Position numbers and translations under genes: made by a program. A stretch of DNA of 64,000 nt. Source: Candidatus Latescibacterota bacterium. Its GTDB lineage: Bacteria; Latescibacterota; UBA2968; GCA-2709665. The DNA is taken from the NCBI GenBank assembly GCA_963667175.2, contig CAXXXF010000002.1, positions 1 to 64,000 on the forward strand, written 5' to 3'. The notes beneath the pieces are model-generated. The model made no database searches, had not been told where the DNA came from, and saw only the letters and a list, made by a program, of their open reading frames with translations. This document shows positions 8,557 to 17,771 of the stretch, in pieces. Position 1 is the stretch's first letter; each line of letters opens with the position of its first letter.

Positions 8557-10749
8557 ATGACAATAAAGATCGAAGGCCGGGTCCGCGACGCTTCCTCAAA
8601 ACGCGGACTCGAGAATGTCTCCGTTTCCAACGGGGAGCACGTGGTACGAACGGATGCGGACGGGCGCTACGCTCTGCAGGTCTCGCCGGACGCGCACCGG
8701 TTCGTTTTCGTCACTGTGCCTGACGGCTATCGGCCCGGTGAGGACTTCTACCGGCCGACGTTCGGATGGACCGGCGACCAACGCGGGGTCGATTTCCATC
8801 TCGCGAGGCTGCCGGAAGGAGACAGCGAGTTCTTCTCGATGGCCCATATCAGCGACACCCACGTCGTGCTGGACGAAGACCGGACGCCTGGCAGGATGTT
8901 GTCGCAGGATCTGCGACAACTGGTTCGCGAAGCCGACCCGGACCTGATCGTCGCGAGCGGAGACCTGACGGATTGGGGGACGCTGGAGGAACTCGAACAG
9001 TTTCGCGCCGCCATCGAGAGCGTCTCGACGCCCGTATTGCCGATGTTCGGCGGGCACGACGGGAATCAAGAGCGCTTCGGCGACCTGACTGTCGACGAGC
9101 TTGTCGCATTGAAACACAGGAGGGAGTACGCGAAGATAGAGGAGATCCTGAAGCAGCGCGAAGGTGAACCCTTCACGCGCAACTATGAGCAAGTACTCGG
9201 TCCCCCGTATACCAGTTTCGATCGCGGGCGATGGCATTTTGTCTTCTATCCGAACGAGGATAATTTCTATCCATCGACGGACCGGAAGCGTAAGGAAGAT
9301 TGGCTGTGGGCGGACCTGTCGCAACAACCGCGTGATCGTAGAATCGTCGTCTTCCTTCACAAGCCGCCGTCCATACCTTTTCTGAACGCTTTGAGCCGGT
9401 ACCGGGTAGAGTTGGTCATGCATGGGCATTGGCACTCCAGCAAGGTGTTCACCCGGGACGGGATCGTCGTTGCGGCGGTACCCCCGCTGTGTTTCGGCGG
9501 CCTGGATACGCGGCCGCGGGGCTACCGAATCGTTGAATTTAAGGTTGCGGATTTCAGGTTTCGGCTTGAGCCGCTCTCTGTCGGGGCAAGCCCGTCGGGA
9601 CCTTCGTCGAATACATCGATATCGCTCGATGACACCGGCCGGACCATGCGGCTTGTCTGGACGCATCAGCTTCCGGTGGGCGTGCACCGTGCGGCGCCGG
9701 TCTGCTCCGGCGATCGGATCCTGATGAGCCTCGCCGACGAGGGATGTCCCGCACAAAACGGCGTCGCGTGTCTCAATGCCGGAAGCGGCGCGCTGTCGTG
9801 GCGAGTCTCTACGGATACAGCTGTCAAGAACAGCGTGGCGATCCCCCCGCCTTCAGCTGCTGCTGACACCGGGACCGATCTGTGCGCCGCGGTGTCGGTC
9901 GCCGGGCGTTTGTATTCGATGGAAACGGAATCGGGACGCGTTCGCTGGAAGGCCGATCTGCCCGGCTTTCCGGAGCGGTGGATCTATGCGTCTCCGGTCA
10001 TTGCGGGTCAGACGGTGTACGCGGGCGGCAAGTCCGGGTATGGTGCGTACGATCTGACAACCGGCGAGCAACGGTGGCACACGTCGCTTGAAGGCGGCGA
10101 CGGGTGGCCTTGCTACGCGAGTCCTCAGGTCTGCGGCGACCTGCTCATTCTGCTTGTCCAGCGCCGTGGGCTGTTGGCGCTGGACAGGCATAACGGCAAG
10201 GTGGTCTGGGAACGGACCATGGGCGTCGAGAATCCCTACGCGCAACCTCTGGTGGACGGCGGCATCCTGGTCACGGGCAGCGGCGCCCCGGTTCTTCACT
10301 GGTACGGGGGCGAACCGGCGCACATGGCGGCCCTGAGTATCAGTACTGGCGAACTGATGTGGGACCGGCCGGTGCTTCCTTCGAGATATCCCACCGGGCT
10401 GGCGATTCGGGGCGACCGGTTCTACGCGACCACGCCGGACGGCGAGGCGCTGTGTTTCAATCTCCACACGGGCGCGTTGCAGTGGCGATTCGGGACGGGC
10501 AATGACCTTATGGACATGGTCCCGGCGCGCCGCGGCGTCCGATCCATCCTGGCCGCGCCCGTCTTCTACAAGGACCGTCTGCTCATCGGCGGCGGAGACG
10601 GTTGCCTCTACGTACTGAATGCCGAAACCGGCGCACGCATCGGCCGCGCGGCGCTCGGATCCCCGATCGCGGCCGCTCCGTGTCTCACGGAACATGGCTT
10701 CTGCGTGGGCACGTACGACGGACGGGTGTATTGTTTCGCTGACGGATAA
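8557..10749 (+). CDS. Calcineurin-like metallophosphoesterase fused to PQQ-like beta-propeller repeats
   Basis: ISDTH, SGDLTD, GGHD and HGHWH motifs; C-terminal G..RW repeats. Confidence 0.85.
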   Translation: MTIKIEGRVRDASSKRGLENVSVSNGEHVVRTDADGRYALQVSPDAHRFVFVTVPDGYRPGEDFYRPTFGWTGDQRGVDFHLARLPEGDSEFFSMAHISDTHVVLDEDRTPGRMLSQDLRQLVREADPDLIVASGDLTDWGTLEELEQFRAAIESVSTPVLPMFGGHDGNQERFGDLTVDELVALKHRREYAKIEEILKQREGEPFTRNYEQVLGPPYTSFDRGRWHFVFYPNEDNFYPSTDRKRKEDWLWADLSQQPRDRRIVVFLHKPPSIPFLNALSRYRVELVMHGHWHSSKVFTRDGIVVAAVPPLCFGGLDTRPRGYRIVEFKVADFRFRLEPLSVGASPSGPSSNTSISLDDTGRTMRLVWTHQLPVGVHRAAPVCSGDRILMSLADEGCPAQNGVACLNAGSGALSWRVSTDTAVKNSVAIPPPSAAADTGTDLCAAVSVAGRLYSMETESGRVRWKADLPGFPERWIYASPVIAGQTVYAGGKSGYGAYDLTTGEQRWHTSLEGGDGWPCYASPQVCGDLLILLVQRRGLLALDRHNGKVVWERTMGVENPYAQPLVDGGILVTGSGAPVLHWYGGEPAHMAALSISTGELMWDRPVLPSRYPTGLAIRGDRFYATTPDGEALCFNLHTGALQWRFGTGNDLMDMVPARRGVRSILAAPVFYKDRLLIGGGDGCLYVLNAETGARIGRAALGSPIAAAPCLTEHGFCVGTYDGRVYCFADG

Positions 10750-10875
10750 GAAATCGTCAAAGGCCTTAAGCCGCCGGGTCCGGGCTGGCCGGCAGCAAGT
10801 CGAAGACAGTTTTCTGTTGCACTATGCCGTATTTCGGTATAGTTTACGGTACGGTACTTGGTGGAGGGGATTTGC

Positions 10876-11169
10876 GTGCGGCGTTTCACTGATGAGCGTG
10901 GTAGCGAGGTTCGGCTTACGGACGAGCGGCTTCGTCACCTCCTGCGAAGGCACCCTGAAATGGCCTTTCAGATGCATCGGATCGAAGAAACCCTCGCCAG
11001 ACCCGATGCCGTCAGGCCCTCGAGTTCCAGTCTGACGGTACAGCTCTACTACCGGCTCTACCAGGATCTTCGGGGCAGGAACCGCTATCTGTGCCTGGTG
11101 GTGAAGAGGGAGACGTCCCACGCTTTCATCGTCACCGCATATCTCGCCCGGAAAATCAAAGGAGAGTGA
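10876..11169 (+). CDS. Putative BECR-fold (PBECR2/DUF4258-like) toxin
   Basis: VRLTDERLRHLLRRHPEM...FIVTAY; RBS GGAGG before the GTG start; followed by a DUF2283 gene. Confidence 0.7.
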   Translation: MRRFTDERGSEVRLTDERLRHLLRRHPEMAFQMHRIEETLARPDAVRPSSSSLTVQLYYRLYQDLRGRNRYLCLVVKRETSHAFIVTAYLARKIKGE

Positions 11170-11171
11170 CT

Positions 11172-11597
11172 ATGGCCAGCAAGAGGGTGTCTGTCTGGTA
11201 CGACGACGACGGGGACATGCTCGAGGTCTTGTGGGCGTTCAGAGAGGGGTACTTCAGCCCGACCGGTGACGAACGCATCCTCAAGCGGATGAACGACGAC
11301 GGTGAGGTGATCGGATTCCTGATTCACGACGTCAGTACGCTAAAGCAGCCGAGCCCGCTTGAGTTCGAGTTGACGTCCGAGTCCCCCGCCGATGACGTCG
11401 CCAACGTCACGGTCCGGCAGGCCGCGATTCGGTTGGGCGTCTCGGAACGCCGGGTGCGGAAGCTTGCCGGCGACGGCCGTGTGAAGGGGGCGACGAAGGC
11501 CGGAGGAGAGTGGTTGATTCCCACTCCTGTAGAGGTGATTCCGGGCAGGCGCGGCCCCGCCGGTGTCGCCGGACGTGTTGGTGTAATGGAGGACTGA
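11172..11597 (+). CDS. DUF2283 antitoxin-like domain fused to a MerR/excisionase-type HTH
   Basis: VWYDDDGDMLEV...GEVIGF followed by TVRQAAIRLGVSERRVRKL..GRVKGATKAGGEWLIP. Confidence 0.75.
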   Translation: MASKRVSVWYDDDGDMLEVLWAFREGYFSPTGDERILKRMNDDGEVIGFLIHDVSTLKQPSPLEFELTSESPADDVANVTVRQAAIRLGVSERRVRKLAGDGRVKGATKAGGEWLIPTPVEVIPGRRGPAGVAGRVGVMED

Positions 11598-11799
11598 CTG
11601 ATCTAGGTTCGTTTCATCAATATTGCAGCAGATACACTCCATCCTATTCTCTCAACTTGCATCCAATGCGTCGGGGATGCCCAAAGGTTGTCTTGACACT
11701 GGGAATCAGGCGAGAACTCGAAGTGAAGGATAGGTATGGATGGTGAGTTCTGCTTAAGTAATGAGTCGGAGCCTATTAAGGTCGGCCAAAGGTAGCCAA

Positions 11800-12744
11800 A
11801 TGGATCTCAAATTGAAAAATGGCATCTATGTTCCCATGAAGAATCCTCAAGATATCTATGTGTTTATCGATGAGACGTACTTACTGAACAACTCTGCATT
11901 CTTACAGTCAGCAACACCAATACCGGCTGATTTGTACCAACAGGTACTAATAGATGATAGTCGCAATCTTCTCAACTCTTTGGGACCACATGCAAAAGAA
12001 TTCAAAGGTTCAAAAATACGACCTGGCAACGTGAGCACATATCGAGATTTTCTCAGGCTGTGGATTGATGCTTGTGCTTCAGTTGGAGACCAAGTACCTC
12101 TTTACCCGATCGTCTCTTTTGGTAGTCAATCGAGTTATGCAGGAACTGATGTTGAACAAATAAAATCGGAGATCGAATCGGCCTTATTATCAGTTCAGTC
12201 TGGTGTACATCCAGAATTACTAGCTGAGGTCTGTAGGCAAATTAAGTGGTTGGTTCATCACTTCCATAGAGCAGCTCCATCAAGCTTTACGAACGAGATG
12301 ATCTTATACTTTGATAATAAGCACAGATATGCTCAACTAATGAGAGATACGAGAGCGGTTGTTGGCGATTATTCTAATGTAGTCTTATGGAGTACCGAGA
12401 AGATAATTAGGACCTGTCTTAATGCCAAATTGCCTAATTTAACTCCTGGGTATCGATTCCCGAACCTACGGAAATTCACTTTTGCTTGGTCAACAACCCA
12501 ATTTGGCTTACAAGCAGCTGATGTACTATCCCATCTAATTTATAGCGGTTTTCGATATGAAATGGGAATCCAAGATCCAATAACTGAGACCAAAAGAGAA
12601 TTACTTGAGGAATTTATCCTGGAATTTGCGATAGATGATGCCTTGCGAGCAATACTAACAGTTGGCACCAGTAATAATGGTAAATCTGATGTTGAGTGCT
12701 TAGGTGCCCATATTTCAACCTATCAATTCCTCCCAGACTCCTAA
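11800..12744 (+). CDS. DUF3800-family protein, AT-rich; start uncertain
   Basis: YVFIDET, EFKGS and GLQAADVLS motifs; much lower GC than its neighbours. Confidence 0.7.
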   Translation: MDLKLKNGIYVPMKNPQDIYVFIDETYLLNNSAFLQSATPIPADLYQQVLIDDSRNLLNSLGPHAKEFKGSKIRPGNVSTYRDFLRLWIDACASVGDQVPLYPIVSFGSQSSYAGTDVEQIKSEIESALLSVQSGVHPELLAEVCRQIKWLVHHFHRAAPSSFTNEMILYFDNKHRYAQLMRDTRAVVGDYSNVVLWSTEKIIRTCLNAKLPNLTPGYRFPNLRKFTFAWSTTQFGLQAADVLSHLIYSGFRYEMGIQDPITETKRELLEEFILEFAIDDALRAILTVGTSNNGKSDVECLGAHISTYQFLPDS

Positions 12745-13397
12745 GACAGACAATACGTATGCCCGCGCCTTATATCCCGCCCATGGCTGCGGCGGATACG
12801 CGCCTCTGCCTAACTCGCTACTCGAGTTGGTGGGCGATTGAAGACTCACGTGCAACGTTAATAGTACGAGCTTCGCAACGTGTGAAATAGCTTGAAGTTT
12901 CGCCAATCCATCTGAAAGAGAGAGTCATGACACTCGAATACGACAGGATAACAAGTCATCCATTTCCACTGACAAGGCGCGATGTCACAATACTCGAGAG
13001 TGCTGAGAAGATAGACGAGAAATCGATTGCCCATAGGCAGCGGTGGTTCGCTATCCCGCTGCCTATGATCGGCCTTTGAGTCCCACACATTGGAGTTAAC
13101 AGCTGATGAAATTGAGATAGTATCCACGGGAATGCAACTCCAATTGAGACAAAGGTCGGGTCGATTGCCAGATGGAATTCAACCCTTACGCACTGCTGGA
13201 CGAACAGCAGGCTAGGTGCCAGGTGGCTCCATTATGCCGATCATGGGTGGCCTGATTAGGGCGATCCGTGACAGATTGCGTACTTCGGGTCATGATCATA
13301 AGGCACGACCACCCACTCCTGCAACAAGTGTTCATTAATCCGGACGTGTTTGTTTCGGCGGTGTAGTTGCGTGAACGGACGAAACCGGGGAGGTACT

Positions 13398-14399
13398 GTG
13401 ACAGCACACTTACAATCACAACCTTGGGAACGGCCCGACACGCCGATCTTCAGCAATTCTCCGCCGCCGCAGGCGTGGATGAAGTGCAACATCTATTGCC
13501 CGCGTGTCATTTACGCCGAAGGCAAGTACCGGATGTGGTTCAGCGGGTCGGCGGTGCGCCCCACGCTGTATCGAACGTGTATCGGATACGCCGAATCGGA
13601 CGACGGCCTCGCATGGACGCTCCACCCCGACAATCCGATTCTGACGGCCGACAGTCTTACATGGGGTCAGAACCTGAATACCCCCAGAGTGCTGTACGAC
13701 GAGGACGAGCAACATTACAAGATGTGGTTCCTGAGCACGACCCACGTGGAATACCGGGACGACGGCATTCTGGCGAAGAATATCAATTCGGCCATGGGGT
13801 ATGCCACCAGTCGCGATGGCATCCACTGGGACTTCTGGCCCGAACCCCTCATTGAGGAATGCCGGGCGCCGTGCGTGCACAAGGACGGCGCCGGATATCG
13901 TATGTGGCTCAACGCCAGGCCCAGTCCGGAGGACTCGTGGGAAGCGGCCTACGGCTATGTGTATGAGTTCAGGTCGGAGGATGGGATTGCATGGATGCGG
14001 CGTGAACACCCGGCGGTTCAGGCAACGGGCAACACGAAGTCGTGCGTCTATCCGGAAGTTCATAAGATCAATGGGACGTATTACATGTGGCATATCGGAC
14101 ATCTGAAGAAGAAGGACGGTCCGATGAATATGGTCTACCACGAGATCTTCTGCGATACGTCGACAGATGGAATTAACTGGACGCTGAATCATCAGATCCC
14201 GGCGTTCGCCGCCTCACGCGACCTCGCACGGTTCGACTGGAAGACGGTGTCCACGCCGTGCGTGGTGGATTTCGGCGACACGTTGCGGCTGTATTACGCG
14301 GGGTGCAATCTGAAGACGAATTTCAATCTGTTCGAGGGCGGTGACAACGGCGAGGGGATGCACATCGCCGTGGCCACAATGGAAAAAGACCGGTTATGA
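13398..14399 (+). CDS. Five-bladed beta-propeller glycoside hydrolase-like protein (GH32/43/130 superfamily)
   Basis: Repeated P.V....G.Y.MW and YA.S.DG..W blades; NPIL. Confidence 0.75.
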   Translation: MTAHLQSQPWERPDTPIFSNSPPPQAWMKCNIYCPRVIYAEGKYRMWFSGSAVRPTLYRTCIGYAESDDGLAWTLHPDNPILTADSLTWGQNLNTPRVLYDEDEQHYKMWFLSTTHVEYRDDGILAKNINSAMGYATSRDGIHWDFWPEPLIEECRAPCVHKDGAGYRMWLNARPSPEDSWEAAYGYVYEFRSEDGIAWMRREHPAVQATGNTKSCVYPEVHKINGTYYMWHIGHLKKKDGPMNMVYHEIFCDTSTDGINWTLNHQIPAFAASRDLARFDWKTVSTPCVVDFGDTLRLYYAGCNLKTNFNLFEGGDNGEGMHIAVATMEKDRL

Positions 14400-15337
14400 C
14401 GCTTCCGGAAGAATCGATATGCCAACGTAAAAGACAAGCGACAGAGATTGACACCGGAATATCGGGTACAATCCGCACGTCCATAGATTTCCTCGACTCT
14501 GACGAAATCTTCCACGTTCCGGATCGGAACAGCCGGACGAAATGGAATGGGCCGTGGTGGCACATGGCGGCGCTGTACGAGATGGGTGAGTCCGGACGTA
14601 TCCCGGGATCGGCCGCCGTCAAGGCGCTGAAACTCCTGAAGCGTGGCGCGTGGCCGAGCTTCGTCATCGAACCGGCTGATGCACCTCAAACGGATTCCGA
14701 CCGGGCGAAAATGGACTGTTGCCACTGTGAACTGGGCGTATTTTACATCGTACTCGCGTCGTGTGGCTGCGACGTGGACGTCGAACTGCCATGGATTCGG
14801 GAGTGGTTTCTGAATCATCAGTTGCCGGACGGCGGCCTGAATTGCTCGCCGGATGCCTATCGCGAGTCCGGAAAGGGCTCCATCGTATCCACGCTGCCTC
14901 CGCTGGAAGCTATCCTGTTCTTCACGAACCGGAAATATTCGGATGTCGAACAGAAATATCTCGACGAGGGCGCGCGCTACCTGACCGAACATCGCCTCGT
15001 CTGCTCGAAGACGGATGGGAACGTCATCGACGACGCATGGCTGAAACCGCTCTTTCCCCGCTTCTTCGAATACGACGTCCTTCGGGGCATGTACTTTCTC
15101 GTGGAATGGGCACGAAGAACGGGAGGACAGCTTCCGGTTGACGTGATCAAATGGGGCCTTGACCGGCTCCGTCGACACATGGACGCTGGCGGTGTCGTCA
15201 TCGGAAGACATATCAACGATGGCAGCGGCGGATGGAACGGGAGCACGTTCCCGTTGATGGCGGCGGCAGGCGCCGTCGGGACCGTTTCGCCGTATCTTAC
15301 GAGGCAATTGGACGTCGTGTTAAAGGCGGTGAGATAG
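14396..15337 (+). CDS. Hypothetical protein with a prenyltransferase/squalene-cyclase-like repeat
   Basis: WFLNHQLPDGGLNC and FPRFFEYDVLRG motifs; ATGA overlap with the upstream gene. Confidence 0.6.
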   Translation: MTLPEESICQRKRQATEIDTGISGTIRTSIDFLDSDEIFHVPDRNSRTKWNGPWWHMAALYEMGESGRIPGSAAVKALKLLKRGAWPSFVIEPADAPQTDSDRAKMDCCHCELGVFYIVLASCGCDVDVELPWIREWFLNHQLPDGGLNCSPDAYRESGKGSIVSTLPPLEAILFFTNRKYSDVEQKYLDEGARYLTEHRLVCSKTDGNVIDDAWLKPLFPRFFEYDVLRGMYFLVEWARRTGGQLPVDVIKWGLDRLRRHMDAGGVVIGRHINDGSGGWNGSTFPLMAAAGAVGTVSPYLTRQLDVVLKAVR

Positions 15338-15466
15338 AGCAGCATTCAGCTGTCAGCAGTCAGCCAGAATCAGAGTCGAAGGTCAAATTCAACGTCCACA
15401 TCTGCCCAGATTCCCTGCCGTCGAGAAGCAGCACAGGCAAAGACGCAAAGGGAATCAGACGAAGAG

Positions 15467-15493
15467 CGGGCAACCACAAGGGTTGCCCCTACA
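15467..15493 (-). repeat. GTAG-type REP palindrome
   Basis: Minus strand reads TGTAGGGGCAACCCTTGTGGTTGCCCG: GTAG followed by a hairpin. Confidence 0.65.
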
Positions 15494-15506
15494 TTCTCAA
15501 CCATGT

Positions 15507-15675
15507 CGCAGACCTCTCCCCCCGGCCTGCCTGCGCCTGCCTGTCCCGTTGGAGCGGCAGACAGGCCGAGTTCTGCTCGGCAGGCAGGCCCCCTCTCCCA
15601 GAGGGAAAGGGGGAGAAAACCAGGACAACGCGAGGGGATCACAGTTCCCCCAGGAATGGGGAAAGGGGGTAGGTC
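15507..15675 (+). repeat. CCCTCTCCC/GGGAGAGGG-type composite repeat with nested CCTGCC..GGCAGG palindromes; homologous to 36556-36700
   Basis: Near-identical to the 36.6-kb copy over its first part, except for a 30-bp extra insert at 15536-15565. Confidence 0.85.
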
Positions 15676-15790
15676 TCGATGGCGGTTAGACGTGAGAGAT
15701 TGTCTGCCCCGTGGGTTTTCATTTCTTGCCGGAGGCATAACGGTGGAACCAATCGGGCAAGGATTTCATCTATCGAGAACAGGAGAATCC

Positions 15791-16207
15791 ATGGAAGTCG
15801 ACAGGGTCGTCCCCTTATTCGCCGTAAAGAAAATGCAGAAGTCGCTGGCGTTCTATCTCGACGGGCTCGGCTTCGAGATGGAGGGCAAGTGGGTCGATGA
15901 AGGCGTCATCAGGTGGTGCAACTTGCAGATGGGCAACGCCGAGTTGATGCTCCAGGAATTCAGGACCGAAGGCCACGACTCGAGGCAATTCAGCGAGAAT
16001 AAAGGCGAAGGCGTCTCACTGTTCTTCTTCTGCGATAACGCGGTTGCATACTATCGGGACGTCCGGTCCCGGGGAGTCGACGCCTCCGAACCGCAGGTGG
16101 GAAACGGGATGTGGGTCACGTCCATGGCCGATCCCGACGGATATAACCTGTACTTTCAAAGCCCCACGGATGTGCCCGAGGAGACGAGACTATCGGAAGT
16201 GGAATGA
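15791..16207 (+). CDS. VOC/glyoxalase family protein
   Basis: SLAFYLDGLGF...DPDGYNL; RBS AGGAG. Confidence 0.9.
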   Translation: MEVDRVVPLFAVKKMQKSLAFYLDGLGFEMEGKWVDEGVIRWCNLQMGNAELMLQEFRTEGHDSRQFSENKGEGVSLFFFCDNAVAYYRDVRSRGVDASEPQVGNGMWVTSMADPDGYNLYFQSPTDVPEETRLSEVE

Positions 16208-16403
16208 ACCTTCAGGTCCCTGGACGTGAACGGCAAGAATGTACTTCCGGATGACCTTTTCGGCCCGTTTCGGAAGGCTTCATCGCGACGACCCGTTACT
16301 GTTTTTGTCGAACTAAGGTGAATGTCGAGGAGTTACACACCGAAGTGAGCGGCCGTAGCCTTACCGAACGAAACGAGAGCCGCGCGACCAGGGACGGTGC
16401 CGC

Positions 16404-17642
16404 ATGACCGACGGGGAACTCAAGGCGAAGGCGATCCGGATCCAGGCCGTTGTTGAGGACAAGGTCGTACAGGCCCACGGCATGGTGCCCATGCTCGTGC
16501 GCGCCGGCGATTACCAGTTGCCGTCTGAGGATGACTATCGCGGCGCGTACCGCCACCGGCACCTCCTGGGAAAGACCGAGGCCGAGGTCGGAATCGCCCC
16601 AATGCACGTCTGGCGCGCGTGGGAGAATACACCCACGGACACCGCGTGGTATCTTGGCGCCATGAGTTACCGGTACCGGTGCGATGGCGACCCGAACGTC
16701 CTGGCAATCTGCAGGCGCACCTTCGGGGGTCTGAAGTATATCCATGGGCTCGGCGTCGAGAAGGGCGAACGGGGGTTCATGTGCAAACCGTACGGCGGCG
16801 TCTACAGCAATCAGGCATCAGGCGACCAGGTGCAATGTATTCTGGTCGGGCTGGCCGCGTACCGGCCCATTGCGCCGCCCGAAGACCTCGCCGCTATCGA
16901 CGAGATCCTCGTGGACATGGCCGAGTTCGACATCAAATGGAATTACGTCTCCCCCCATGGCTATTTCGGTTATACCTATGAGTCTCTGGTAGAGTCTATT
17001 CTGGGTGAGAACTGGAACCATGCCGCGTGGTCCTACGCCATCATCCACACTCCCCTGCTGTACCTGGCCTGGCAGGCCGCGGGAGACCCGAAGTACCTCC
17101 GCGAGATCCACCGCTGGTACGAGGCCTGCAATACGAGCATCAGGTTCGAACGCCCCACGGGCAGGATCACCGGCAGCCAGGGATGGCGAACGCTTTACCT
17201 GCCGGCGCTGTTGATGGCGTTCGATCCGGCGAACCACGAATTGTGGCGAAGCCTGATGCTGCAGACTTACGATACGGTTCGATCGGGCGTGCTGGAGGAC
17301 GGGACGCAGGCTTACCAATGGACCTTCGACGTCGAAAGCGGCGAACGCGAACTCCTTCCCGCCAGTCTGTGGGGGGCAGGTCCCGCCGCGACCGGCAGGT
17401 CGGGCATCTTCGCCAGGGCCTGCGTCGCGGCGCAGCCGTGGTTTCCGGACGAGGACATCGCGTGCACCGCCCGGCATATTCTTGAGAATCTCGATTTGGA
17501 TACATTCCGGTTTATCATGCCGCTGAATGAAAACCAGCCGGCGCCGCCGGAATGGAGGGTGGAGACCGGGCTGCTTGACATGGACAGCCTGACCGGATGG
17601 CTTTGGGGCTACTGGGAGGGCCGGTGGCGCGGGTACTGGTAA
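16404..17642 (+). CDS. Hypothetical protein, possibly an (alpha/alpha)6-barrel glycosidase-like fold
   Basis: 412-aa ORF with host-like codon usage; helical and aromatic-rich; the fold is a guess. Confidence 0.55.
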   Translation: MTDGELKAKAIRIQAVVEDKVVQAHGMVPMLVRAGDYQLPSEDDYRGAYRHRHLLGKTEAEVGIAPMHVWRAWENTPTDTAWYLGAMSYRYRCDGDPNVLAICRRTFGGLKYIHGLGVEKGERGFMCKPYGGVYSNQASGDQVQCILVGLAAYRPIAPPEDLAAIDEILVDMAEFDIKWNYVSPHGYFGYTYESLVESILGENWNHAAWSYAIIHTPLLYLAWQAAGDPKYLREIHRWYEACNTSIRFERPTGRITGSQGWRTLYLPALLMAFDPANHELWRSLMLQTYDTVRSGVLEDGTQAYQWTFDVESGERELLPASLWGAGPAATGRSGIFARACVAAQPWFPDEDIACTARHILENLDLDTFRFIMPLNENQPAPPEWRVETGLLDMDSLTGWLWGYWEGRWRGYW

Positions 17643-17771
17643 GTTGATCGAGATATAGAGCCGACTTTTCGCTATCAAGATACCGACCGATCTGCGCGAA
17701 GCCGCTGATCACTCGCCTGGAGTCCGGACATTGGCGCCGGTTGCATACGGATCCCGGCACGGGAGGTTTAA

